From contig CM060732.1 of NCBI GenBank assembly GCA_030704615.1, positions 48,174,001 through 48,238,000 of the forward strand: DNA of 64,000 nucleotides, given 5' to 3'. The notes under the pieces are model-generated. The model was not told the DNA's origin and did no database searches. It was given only the letters and a program-made list of their open reading frames with translations. Every line of letters starts with the position of its first letter. Position 1 is the first letter of the stretch. Position numbers and translations under genes: made by a program. Shown here in pieces: positions 39,150-51,300 of this stretch. This DNA comes from Takakia lepidozioides. Its lineage: Eukaryota; Plantae; Bryophyta.

Positions 39150-39427
39150 GTCTGCAATGCCTCGAAAAGAGACAAGGTTTCATGTCATGTAGGTGTCACG
39201 GAGAAGACAATATAAGTCTGCAATTCCTCGAAAAGAGACAAGGTTTCATGTCGTGTAGGTGTCACGAAGAAGACAATATAAGTCTGCAATTCCTCGAAAA
39301 GAGACAAGATTTCATGTCCTGTAGGTGTCACGAAGAAGACAATATAAGTCTGCAATTCCTCGAAAAGAGACAAGATTTCATGTCCTGTAGGTGTCACGAA
39401 GAAGACAATATAAGTCTGCAATTCCTC
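39108..39427. repeat. Tandem repeat, 66-bp unit, about 5 copies, overlapping the transposase stop
   Basis: acaatataag recurs at 39141 and 39207. The ORF track shows a 22-aa periodicity (MSCRCHEEDNISLQFLEKRQDF). Confidence 0.92.
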
Positions 39428-40089
39428 TGGTAGCATTGTCCCTTTCTGAAATACAAGTCCGCAATGGACTAATGCACAGTCTCCCAATGGACTCCTCCAG
39501 TCTCCCAACTGACTCCCACACAGTCTCCCAAGCATAGTCTCCCAACGGACTCACGCACAGTCTCCCAACAGAGTCACAGTCAACAGACTGCGAGCGCCAG
39601 TAAGCCAGTCTGCTGGTCAATCTGCTGCCCACTCCAAAAGTTTGCTCACCACACTTCCACCTCATCCCTGCAACTCTTCCAGCAGACTGCTGGACAGACT
39701 AAGTCTCAAGCAAACTCATCCACAACAGCAGACTCAAAATGGACAGGCTCCAGTGGACTACCTCCCTAACGACTCATACCAATCCAGCGTCCCAGGGGAC
39801 TCAGGACATGGTGCCTACCAGACTAGGTACCAGACCCAGCAGTCCTAGCCTCGGGCAGCGTACTGCTCGCACATTCAAGCTCAGCAGACTCGGGTGCACA
39901 GTGCATGGATGGAAAAATTGACACCATTGTGTCCATTGAGTTTAGTGACAACATTACAAAACATGCCAGCACCCTACAGTACACAAAAGTGCTCATCACC
40001 ACTGGAATAGTAAGCGAAAAGACTCGCATTTTTATTTCGGTACATAGACTTCACAGGACAAGTACATCATACTCATGAGAGCAGTTTCT

Positions 40090-42606
40090 CTACATTGTCC
40101 AACCCTCGCACGATATACTGGGCACACTGCATTCGCTGCCCAAGTGCAAACTTGAAAGTAAACCAGTCCTTCGTGAAAGGTGTTCCTCTCTCTGGCTTTG
40201 CAGTCTTGGAGATATTGCTCTGACTTTTACCCACTTATAAAACACTTGAATGAATGACATGACGTAAAAGCCACACTGCCAGCTGAATGGTTGCTGGGGC
40301 ACATCAGGCGCGTGGAACTGAATGCTTGGACAATCTCATGTCACTCTGGTGAGTCCATCGAGTACCCTAAGCACTCAGCATGAAGCTTCCGAATCCACCC
40401 TAGAACAAAGGGACATTTATGCGAGTCCCTGATAGAGTTCAGGTGAGTGTAACAGCCATTGTGGAGGTCGATGATACAAACACTCCAGTAGTGCCCCTGC
40501 AATGGTATCAAACAACATGGCGTCATTGCACAATCATGATGGGCAGACTCAGCAGACCAACCACTCAGCAGACTCAATCTTCAAATCCAGTCCACTGCAC
40601 AAATACAAAGGTCAACTTAATCGCTCAGAGTCAAGACGACATGCGAAACCAGACTATGACTCAGGAGACAGTCTTAGCAGACTAGGAAGAGTTCTTATCG
40701 TCCCCAATTGGCACCAAAAATGAATCGCACTCTTCAAGTCTTTGCCTAGTCATTTAGTGCTGAGGCAACCTTTCAAGACCTCCAAAAAGCTTTCATGTTG
40801 CCCCACCCCCAATGACTTCAGTACCGTCCACGTCGACGTTGGGAAGAACAGCAATAGTGTGGTGAACGCAGCCTCAACCGACTTCTCATAGAATCGACAC
40901 CACAGCTCCAGGAGTCTATCTGTGCACTCCGACTCAACATTCTGGAGCGCCTTTATGTCATCCGGCGATAGTCCGCATTCAAACCGTGGGTCCCCTTCAA
41001 AAACATCAGCATGGGAATTACCCGCCTTCACGTGCAGAGCATGTGCTTTGCCATAAAGACGTTCTTTGCCGGTCTCTTGGTACTCGGACCCTCTTCGACC
41101 TCCTCAGCATGGTCCACAACAGTCCGCTTCTTGGCTTTGCCTCTCCCTGGGAGCAGGGACAGCTGTAGGCGGGCTGGATAGAGTAGACAAACGCAGCGCT
41201 GCCGCCCACTTCGCAACAGAGGCTGGTCAGCAGGTTTGTTTACACTTGTTGGACTTGTCTTTGCAGCTTCGTGGGTCGATGCGTAGAGAACTGACCAGCG
41301 ATCGAGGGGCGTACTCACCCCCCAACCTTTTTGGTTGTCGATCCCACGTTTGCTTTGCAGATGGGCGGAAGATGTCATGTCCTCAGAAGTAGACATCCTG
41401 CCGAGGAGGGACGAACATCCTGTGAGGATGCCGAGCAAAATGTCGAATTAGCCCAATTTCACAATGTGCTAAAACATAAACAACAGTGCTGAAAGATGAA
41501 ATGGCACAACCTGCCCAAGGGGTGAGGGAGTAGACTCCATGTATCCAGCGCTATAACCAGACGGGTGTCTGCGCCGCATGTGGTTCTTTGTCAGTGTGCC
41601 TACCAGCATGTTCAGTCTGTTGCTCAATGTGGGGCAGTTCGCGGCCGCCGGTTCTTGGTCAGTCTTTTCGTCTGTGACTGTGCAGTCTGCTGGCAACTCT
41701 GCGGTTCACTCTCTTCCTCAATGTGGGCAATGTGCTCGGTGGCAGGTTGGTCGTCAGTCTTCCCCCTGTGAAGTGTGCAGTGTGCTGGTCAGGCCGTGCA
41801 ATCTGAATTGTGCAGTCAGAGCTAAGCTGTGCAGTCTGCCGCTCCGAGCCATCTTGGTCAGTCCTTCCATCTGTGATCTGTGCAGTCTGCTAGTTAGTCT
41901 GTGGTTCAGTCTGCTCATCAATGAAGGACAATATGTTGCCCGCCCCAGGGTTGCTCGGCAGTCCTCCATGTGTCCACTGTTCAGTGTGCTGGTCAGTCTG
42001 GTGGACAGCCGGCTGGGTATTCGGATCTCCATGGACTTGGGAAACATCAAGAACTGTATGGAAGACCCACCGGCAATTGCTTCCTCAGACTCTTCTGTAA
42101 GATCTATGATACGGTTTGCGTTCCCAGATTGAGTTCGGTCATCAGTAAAAGACTCATCTATGGCTTTCGCCACTGAGCGCACGAAAACGGGACTAAGCTG
42201 GAAGATCATAGAAGGCAGGCCACGGGGAGCTGGATAAAAATGCTTTACCGGTGACCTGATGACTCGTCAGTGAATGTGGCCTGGGGAAAAGTGGACTCGT
42301 CAAAAACTCATACTGGCAGACCAAAAAACATGTTGTTGGGGAATCAGCAGAAATTCGTACAGGGTCCCGGTGAGGCCAGGCATCCGCGTTGTTGCACAAT
42401 CCAGGGACAGGACTGGTGTTAGTCTCCTAGAAGATAGTGGCTCGGGCCATCTACTGAGTGGGTCGCCATGTGATGCACAGTCTGCTGAGGGGCAAATATG
42501 TGGCTGGATTCTGTCGGGTGATACACGGTCGCTGAGGGCAATATGCTGGCTGGATGGATTCGTCGGTCTGCTGCACGGTTTGCTGTATAGTGTGCTGAGG
42601 GGCAGT
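40090..42606 (-). pseudogene. 3' part of the MULE accessory gene, with a Ulp1/peptidase C48 (SUMO protease)-like domain
   Basis: LIPLQGHYWSVCIID (His), YTHLNS (Asp position reads Asn) and PQQPFSWQCGFYVMSFI (Gln/Cys). The preceding exon DIKALQ..TDRLLELWC..FFPTSTW fits the Ulp1 N-lobe. Confidence 0.72.
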
Positions 42607-43734
42607 TGTCGCGCGGCTTTTACTCACCCATCCCTTCGCTATTCGAGGCGGAAACTCCAAGATAGAAGAGTTGGAAATCTCTAAGTACTCAGCCCGCGCA
42701 GAACAATCAGTCATGACCTACAGCTAGTGTATCATGGGGGTGTTTCCTATTTGTTTCCCTTTGGTATTCATGTTAGCTATCTTACCATTGATAATTAAGT
42801 ATCAGTTTGCTTTATCAATCTATTGGATTCCATCAACTCATCCATTCATTCCACAGCTTCACTCAGATCTCTCTACACAGTGTGATTGTATCGTAAAAGT
42901 ATCCGATTATGATTTATCAGGTATCAGGCCGAAGCCATTGTGTCTCTAATCTGCTCTACAATATCATTACAGCCTTGCATATATCAAGCATCTACTCATC
43001 ATCTCTCTATCTTCACTTCCGTTCTCATCTCTGCCCGATCCCCTCCTCCTCCATGACCAAGAAGTCCTCCTCCGAATGAATCCCTCATTCCCCGTTTCTC
43101 CCTTTATCTTCCTATCCGTGGTTCTAACCGTTTCCCTCACTAACCGTCGTCTGTGAACTAACATGTTCCCTTCGCAGGTGTGTTCCCCACAGTCGTTCCC
43201 TGTCCTACTCTTCGTTCCCTATGATCGTGACAGCTGTGTCAAGCTGTGACGGGCTGTGTGACTGGACTGTGACGTGTGTGTTTGGCTGTGTCGGGCTGTG
43301 ACTGGCTGTGTGGCTGTGCGGGCTGTGTCGGCTGTGACGGCTGTGTCGGCTGTGACGACTGTGGCTGTGCTGTGTGATGTGGACGGGCTGTGTGGCTGTG
43401 TTGACTGTGTCGACTGTGACGACTGTGACGGGCTGTGTTGGCTGTGTCGGCTGTGACGACTGTGAGGGCTGTGTGTGCTGTCGGCTGTGTCTGCTGTGTC
43501 TGCTGTGATGACTGTGACGGGCTGTGTTGGCTGTGTCGGCTGTGTGACGACTGTGATGACTGTGACGGACTGTGTTGGCTGTGTCGGCTGTCTGACACTG
43601 TGACGGGCTGTGTAACCCCCCCTACAGTGCGCTGCTGTCACCCCTAAGGCTCCTGTTGGTCTCAGTCTGTGCAAAAATTAAGGGTACCCTACAGATCCCG
43701 TATAAGTGTCTAAGTCCCCGACAGTCCTCTAACA
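42607..43734 (-). repeat. 3' LTR (1128 bp)
   Basis: tgtcgcgcgg...cctctaaca, a direct repeat of 55066-56050 with a longer internal GGCTGTG array. Confidence 0.95.
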
Positions 43735-43750
43735 TTACCCCTTCCCCCTC
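43735..43750 (-). other. Polypurine tract
   Basis: The minus strand reads GAGGGGGAAGGGGTAA immediately before the 3' LTR. Confidence 0.88.
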
Positions 43751-43764
43751 AAAAAGCCGTGTCC

Positions 43765-46700
43765 TCACGGTTTACTGATTTCGACTAGCAAACCTTTGTG
43801 AGTGAGCACCTTTTTGACGTTGAGAGTTTCGTGGCGGACTGTGTGTACGAGCCCGAGGTCTGTCTCTGGTTGACGGAGATGGTTGATCACTACCTGGATA
43901 AGTGAGGCCCTCTGGAGGCTGATATCGAGGTAACCTTTCCGGCATAGGAGACCCCGTCGCTTCTTCTCTGCCATCTGAATTGCATAGTCTTCTCCCATGT
44001 CAAAAGAATTCGGTGAAGAAACAGTTGTATCAGAATCCTCATCGCCTCTCAGGTGTTTTAATTTTCGAACTTTTTGTGGAATCATCTGGGGCATACAATG
44101 CTGTCCTACCATGTCTGGAAGTTTGTATTTACAACTTGGGTGTAACCGCTGAACAGCAAAATTGGTGTAGACACTGAGCTCCTTGTCTGTCCAGGTGAGT
44201 GGGGTACCAATTACTGGTGCAGCGTGCAAGTATTTCCATGCCACATGTCCCTTATAGAAAATGTCATCAATGCCGAATTTCTGTGTTGACAAATGTTCCA
44301 GGCCGCTTGAAACCATGAACGAATTTGAGAATCCTTTTGCATCATAACTTTTGGGTCATATAGGTACATATGAGGTGGCACCGAAGGTAATACCCAATGA
44401 TCTCCACTGGAATAACTCAGAAAGCGTGTTTGCATCTTTTGTTGCTCAATGTGGTAACGTACCAGAAAACAAGCAGCGTAGTATAACCCGCATCCCATGA
44501 CAATACTTGCTACCTCCTTGTCTTGGTATAAATGAGTCCATGTACAACCTGGAAAGCAATCAATTCCCTCAACATGGTACCTGCCTCGTGCCAGTATTGT
44601 GCAAAGTGATGATCTTCAATATGTCGATTGTTCGGAAGAACTTTAGTCCTAGTTGCCACTGGCAGCCAAATACGCATGATTTGGTAGTAATGTGCGAATG
44701 ACTGCGGAGGACTAAATTCTTTCCAAGCCAAATCCAACATGATGGGAATTTGGTTGAAGGGCATAATCATAGCCCTACTGTACTCCCTTGCAGCTGGAGT
44801 TTTAGGTGGGTTAAAAGCGGCATTGCCCCATACCTCCGGCTGTGGTGGCTGTGGTGTGGTTGTAGTAACCACAGGTTCAGCTACTGGTACAGTGACTTGT
44901 TGTGGTGGTGGTGGTACTGGCTCTTGTATCATTGGCATCTCCTGCACCTCCTGTGAAGACTGAAAAGCCAAAGTTCTGGCTTGTAAATAAGAAGCCATTA
45001 GCTGTTCCTGAGGGATATAGACTCTTTGGTCGATGTTTGAAGTGAGGTCTTCCACTTGAGTCTGCAGTCCGTCTACATCCTCTTGTAACTCTGCTATCCT
45101 ACTATAGACATTGTCTATAGTAGTTGTGGCAATGTTCTGCACCTGCAGCCTGAGCTCATTCATCTCGCTTTGGGTGAGCTTCGTGGTGCTTTGCCCTCTA
45201 CTGGCCCTTGTGCTAACCAGACCTGCATAAGGCTGTTATCCACCAAGTTGCTTGTGGTTCCCCTGAGAGTTTGCTCCTCTCTTAGCTTGTACAATTCCAA
45301 CTGCTGTTGTAAAGCCTCCATGCGCTTCGCCTGAGGTTCAACCAATTGCGCATAAGCAGCAAGTAGATTATTGGCTTCCTTCCAAGCCTTGTTATTGACC
45401 GCGATTTCATTTCTATTGGCCATGATGGTTTGTTGCAACTCCACGATGTGCTTCTCTTGATCAGCTTCAATCTGCCTGTATTGCTTGAAAGTATCTTCAT
45501 TGCGACAGATTGTATTCTTCATATCGACAATGAGCTTCATTTGCTCAACATTCTCTTCTTCTGCCTTCGTACATTTTTCCGCTTGACTGTTTATTTCTTT
45601 TGTAGATTGGTCAAGCATAGTTGTGAATGTAGCACATTGTATCGCCATCCTGTTATGCACTGTCTGCAACTCCGTATGTAGTGCATTCAGTTCTTGCAAC
45701 TTGCTTTCATGCTGCACCTGCATTTGGTATAGCTGTTGCTTATGTGCTTCGTGCAACTGGTCTTGCGCGAGGCCTGCCTCAATCAATTGTTCCTTGGCCA
45801 ATTGCAAAGCCATTTCTGTATTTCCCAAGTCCTGCTTCATCTTGAGAGTGACCTCTTCATCGACCTTGTTTGCACACTCAGTGGCTAGTCGAGCCTCAAA
45901 CTCCTTCCTGAGTTCCTCTCTCAAGGCTGTCAATTGGGTAATTGGAACATGGGATTTGACATAAGTCCCCAACAAATTAAGTGTCCTGCCTATGGAACTC
46001 ATCAGCATTGCCTGTTGAGGGTCATCATGGTGAGGTTGCTGCTGTTCCTCCTGATCTTCAACAGTGTGATGTCTCACTAACCATTCAGGCCATTGTCCCA
46101 CCGGATTTTCTTCCTGAACTACTTCATCTATCACCGGTGCTACAGTGTCATGACCTTCCGCCTGTGGTACCTCCGACACAGGTGTGTGTATTATATGCAC
46201 CTCAGGATTTCCCTTGGGCAACTGTTGCACCTCTGGGATTTCTGTCTCCTTGACCAGACCAGAATATTCATAGAGAAGGTCCCCCTTCTCTATTTCTGCC
46301 ACTATCTGTTCTGTAGTTGGAATATCTAACCCTTCTTTCCAAATCAATTATTTCTGGTTGAGCTGCATGGATAACTTGTGACCTTGTGACAAGTCGTTCA
46401 GCTGGCTGTGATGGTTGTGATGCAGAAGTAACTTCCTCCTCCCTCTCTGAAGGTCCTGCTTCCAGTAATAGCATTTCTCTGTGCTGCTGTGCCCCTTCCT
46501 GGCCATGAGCTTGGGAAACATTATCATGCGGAATCCGTGAAGCCAGTGGATCCGCCACTACAGTCTTTCCCCGTCTCTGCCTCTTAGTCTCGGGTTGCCC
46601 TGCTAGTCCACCCTCACTGTGTGAAGAGCCTTGCTCTTCCATTGCAGTTGTTTCTGGCTCAAACACTCCCATTTCCTTTCTTTCTTGCGCATCAAGTATG

Positions 46701-47551
46701 CCAGAATCAAGGATTATTTGAGCAATGATTGGGCCAGACACTATGATAGGAGACTTTGCGGTAGTACCTTGTAATCTTTTCATCTCCTCTACCAGTGCGT
46801 TGTACATTATGTCCGCCCATTGTACCTCTTGTCCCTTCAGGCCTTTGAGTATTTCCTCCGTGAAGGATCTGCTCAAATACTGTTGGTTCTGTTTCATGGC
46901 AATCAGAACGTTCAATACCTGGCCTACCTCTTTTAACCCTGGGTACACAGCCTTGGTACAAGCATAACCCTGAGTTTTAAAGAAACTCCCTTCTTGGAAT
47001 AAGTCCCCTATTTGCAGTCTTGCCCTGTGTTCCTCCACATGCACCTGACCTGCTGGCAATCGAAACAATTGCTGGAGGTATAGGGGAGTAATCATTAATT
47101 CAACTCCCTTCACCGTTGTTGTTCCTGTCCTTGGCTCAAAGTTCTGCAAAAATTGTAACATGTACTGTCTATGGTGTAGTGTCCAATCTAGGCTTTGCAA
47201 TCCTTGCAATCTCAGCTCCTCCAGTATCTGTATCGCCTGTGGGGTAGCAATCGTTTGTTTCTGCAGAATTGTGGTGCTCTTCACCCTGATTTCCTCCATT
47301 CCTCTCACTCTCTTCATTTTAGACTCACAGAACTGTTTTGGCTGTAACAACTGCAGGAATGCCTGTAGTGCACAAAGCATAAACGTATGGTTGCCGCAGA
47401 AAGCTATGGGTAATTTCTTGTAAGCCTGCGGGGCTTGCAAGCATCGCTCAAGAGAAAAGCTCCGCTCTGTCCTTTCGTGTCTATGCCACTGCGTAAGTAA
47501 TATTGCGAGCGTATAGTCTGTTAGTTCCTCCATAGTTTCCAAGTATAGCAT
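43765..47551 (-). CDS. Retrotransposon 3' accessory coding region (ORFs 46268-47551, 45160-46347, 44510-45163, 44211-44498, 43765-44316); possibly one ~1260-aa protein broken by indels
   Basis: Contiguous or overlapping sense-strand ORFs between INT and the PPT. The N-terminal block QFLQNF..TVKGVELMIT..LQQLFRLP..VQWADIMY resembles the plant transposon accessory (Transposase_32/Athila-type) domain. A long heptad coiled coil follows. Confidence 0.7.
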
Positions 47552-48004
47552 TGATGGTCTGTCCTGTCGAGACGCCCGTTACTCAGAACGACGCCGCCTC
47601 TTGCGCTCAATTTCCCTCCATTTTCTTGATCCTTTCTCTGGTTTTCTATTGGCTGTATCCGCTGTGACTGGATTTTAGATTTTATTTCTTTAGTGGACTT
47701 TCCCTGTTGGATAGTCCACTAGGATCACACATGTGACAAGAATTCCGCTTTTCTGTACTTGCCGTTCGTTCCGTTTCCCTTTTTCCGTATTCATTAATGG
47801 GCCCGCCTTTCATCCCTTTTGACGGCCGTTCTTGTCCTCTTTCTTTTTGACACCTGTTCTTGCACTTCCTTCTCGGCTGTGTGTCGCGCCCTGACCTCCA
47901 CGTGTCTATTTTTAAAGTAATTTCCGTTTCCTCTTCCGTCAGCCATTTTCCTGAAGTTATTATGCGTCCACTTGTCACTGATTCTATGGATCGTGTAACT
48001 TTAG

Positions 48005-48320
48005 TAGGCTGTGTTGAGCTGTGACAGGCTGTGTCATACTGTGTTACGCTGTGATAGGCTGTGATGCACTGTGGTAAGCTGTGATAGGCTGTGACACGCT
48101 GTGGTAGGTTGTGATAGGCTGTGTTGCGCCGTGCTGGGCTGTGATAGGCTGTGTTTGTGATGGGCTGTGATAGGCTGTGTGATGGGCTGTGATAGGCTGT
48201 GTTGTGATGGGCTGTGATAGGCTGTGTCACGTGTGATGGGCTGTGATAGGCTGTGTCACGTCGTGATGGGCTGTGATAGGCTGTGCTTTGCCTTGATGGG
48301 CTGTGATAGGCTGTGTCACG
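48005..48320. repeat. GGCTGTG / GCTGTGATAG minisatellite between pol and the 3' accessory ORFs
   Basis: Repeated gggctgtgataggctgtgt units, with the same core motif as the LTR arrays. Confidence 0.9.
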
Positions 48321-51300
48321 TTTGTTTTGCCCCCTGGTCATATATGCTGGGCCTAGCGACAAGTGCTCCATACTCCGTTCGTAACACTGGTGCAGCCCGT
48401 GACTGCTCTTGCGGTTCAACATGCAAATCATGCTGCAAGGGTTTGTCATGGATACCACTGTACCCCTTCAACTTATTTGCATTGACTCTTCCCAGCATTT
48501 CTTTGTTAATGGTTTGTAACATGGCGGTGTTGTTATCATACATCTTTTGTATGACATAAGGTCCTTTCCATGGTGATTTAAGCTTAGAAGCTTGAATCTT
48601 TCCTTTCTTCTGCAACCATAGAACCAAATCCCCCGTCTTAAAAGTCTTTAACTTGCCTTCATCAAACTGTTCCTTTCGCTTCATCTGAATTCTGGTCATA
48701 TTATCAGCTGCATCAGCACGTACTTCTTCCACATGGTATAATTCATGTTTCCTGACCTTGATGGAGTCTTGCAATTCCATTCTTTTCCCCACTCCGTTCT
48801 CATGGTAGGTAACAGGAATTCCACTGGAAGTAAGGCTTCCATACCATAAACTAATTGGAATGGTGTATACTTAGTGGTGACTTTATATGAAGTCCTGTAT
48901 GACCACAAAGCTGTCAGCAGCTTTGTATCCCAATCCGTTCTGTTTGCATTGACTATCTTAGCCAAGATAGTACATAGTATTTTGTTGGTAGCCTCTGCCT
49001 GCCCATTACCCTGTGGGTAATATGTTGTACTCTTTCTATGCACAATCATAAACTCTTTAGTCAACAACTCAATGGTCTCATTCATGAAGTGACTTCCTGA
49101 TCACTGATAAATTCTAAGGGACAGCCAAATCGTGTAAGTATGTTCTCGTACAGGAACCTTGCTGTGGACTTGGCTGTGTTGTCCCTCAAAGCTTTAGCTT
49201 CCACCCACTTTGTAGTATAATCAGTGGCTGTAATTATGTACCTGTTTCGTGTATTCTTGGATGGTGGGTTAATTGGTCCAACAAAGTCTAGTCCCCATTT
49301 CTGAAATGGTTCCGTAGGCATTGTAGGATGCAAGGCCATCCTTCCAGATCTCTGCAAAGGTCCTAGCCTCTGACATTCATCACACTTCTGACAATACTCG
49401 TGTACATCTTTGAACAAAGTAGGCCACCAGTATCCTGCGAGTAGTATCTTTCTACTGGTAGTCTCTTCTCCAAAATGACCTCCAGCCACTCCTTTATGAA
49501 CTTCCGCCAAAACTTTATTTACTTCATGGTGGTACAAGCATCGTTTTAGTACTCCATCAGGTCCTAACTTATACATTCTGCTTCCTACCATAGTATAAGG
49601 TAAAGCTTTGATAGCGATTCTCTTCCTCTGCTCCTTACCATAACTAGGTGGGCACTGACCATGAGCAAGGTAGTATCTGATTGGCCACTGCCAATCTAAC
49701 CAGTCATCTGCACTTCCCTGCACCTCCACTGCAAAGAGACTCGCATCTGGTAATTGATCATCTATTCCTGTGGCTGGTTCTCCTGTTGACAATCGTGACA
49801 AATGATCCGCCACAAGATGCAGTCTCCCAGGCTTGTAAACAACCTCGAACTCAAACTCGTGCAAGATTATCAACCATCTTGCTATTCTTCCGCTTATCAG
49901 AGGTTTGTTTACCAGGTATATCAGAGCCTGGTGATCCACATAGAACATAAACTTCTTGCCCAACAGGTAATGCCTGAATTTCTTCACTGCATAGATCATT
50001 GCCAATGCTTCTCTTTCCGTTGTGCTATAGTTCCTCTCAGCACTGTTCATCAACCGGCTAGCATAGTACACAGGTGAATCTATATTCCCTGTAACATTCT
50101 GGGCTAACACCGCTCCCAACGCTTCTCCTGATGCATCGCAGTGAACATGGAATACTACATGCCAGTGAGGGTTAATCAGCACAGGTGTAGTTGTTACTGA
50201 CAGTGTAAGTTCCTCAAATGCCTGTTGACATTCAGCTGTCCAGGCAAACACTGCATCTTTCTTCAGTAGTTTGCTCAATGGTGCTGCTATTTGTGCATAC
50301 CTTTTGACAAATCTCCTGTAATAACTGGTTTGCCCAAGGAATCTCCGTAGACTTTTAACATTCACTGGTGGTGGAGAGGCTTTAATGGACTCTGTCTTTC
50401 TGGGATCCACAAGGAGTCCCTTCTTACACACAATGTGTCCCAGAAGCACCCCTGAGTTCACACAGAAAGTACACTTCTCTGGATTCAGGCCCAGACCTCT
50501 CATCCTGCATCTGGCCAAACATAACTCCAATTTATGCAAGTGCTCATTCTTAGAGCTGTACACACTGAAATCATCCAAGAATACCTGCATGAAATCATCC
50601 AGATACTCATGAAAAGATTCACTTATCACTCTCTGAAAGGTCGCTGGTGCATTACAAAGTCCAAAGGGCATGACTTTGTATGCATAAGCCCCCCAGTCTG
50701 TGATGAAAGCTGTTTTCCCTTGGTCTTCTTCTGCCACTTGCACTTGATTATAACCACTGAAGCCATCCATGAATGAGTACATCTCATGGCCTGCCACAGT
50801 GTCTAATACTGCTTCTGTGAATGGCAAAGGGAAAGGATCTTTCTTCGTACAAGCATTCAGCTTCTTATAGTTCACACATACTCTTAGTTTGCCATTCTTC
50901 TTGGGAACTATAACAATGGGTGACAACCAAGTTGTATACTCTATTGGGTATATAAACTTAGCCTCAGCCAACTTCTTTATCTCTTCTCCAACCTTCTGTG
51001 CGTAGTTGGGATTCATTCTATACCTCGCCTGCTTGATTGGTACTGACCCTGGTTCCAGTTCAATCTTATGCTGACAGACTTCAGGTGGTATCCCTTTTAG
51101 ATCCTCATAGCTCCAAGCAAATACATCTCTGTATTTGATGAACAAGCTTTTAGCTTCTTCGAAGAATTCCGGCTCCAAATCAGCTCCTACTTTCACCATC
51201 CTCGGTTCCTCTTTAGTTCCCACATTTACTTCCCTCACCTGCTCATCAGCTGTGATTGTCCAACCAGTCACCACTTCATCCTGTAAGCTCACAGTGGCTG

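Noticed and set aside
39108-39427. CRISPR-like array
   Set aside because: The units are contiguous near-identical 66-mers with no unique spacers. There are no cas genes and the context is eukaryotic.
43219-43674. Cys-rich or Ser/His/Thr-rich ORFs in the LTRs and at 47682-48559
   Set aside because: They are translation artefacts of the GGCTGTG arrays.
43765-47551. Retroviral-type env gene
   Set aside because: No signal peptide or clear transmembrane segment is visible, so it is treated as a non-env accessory region.
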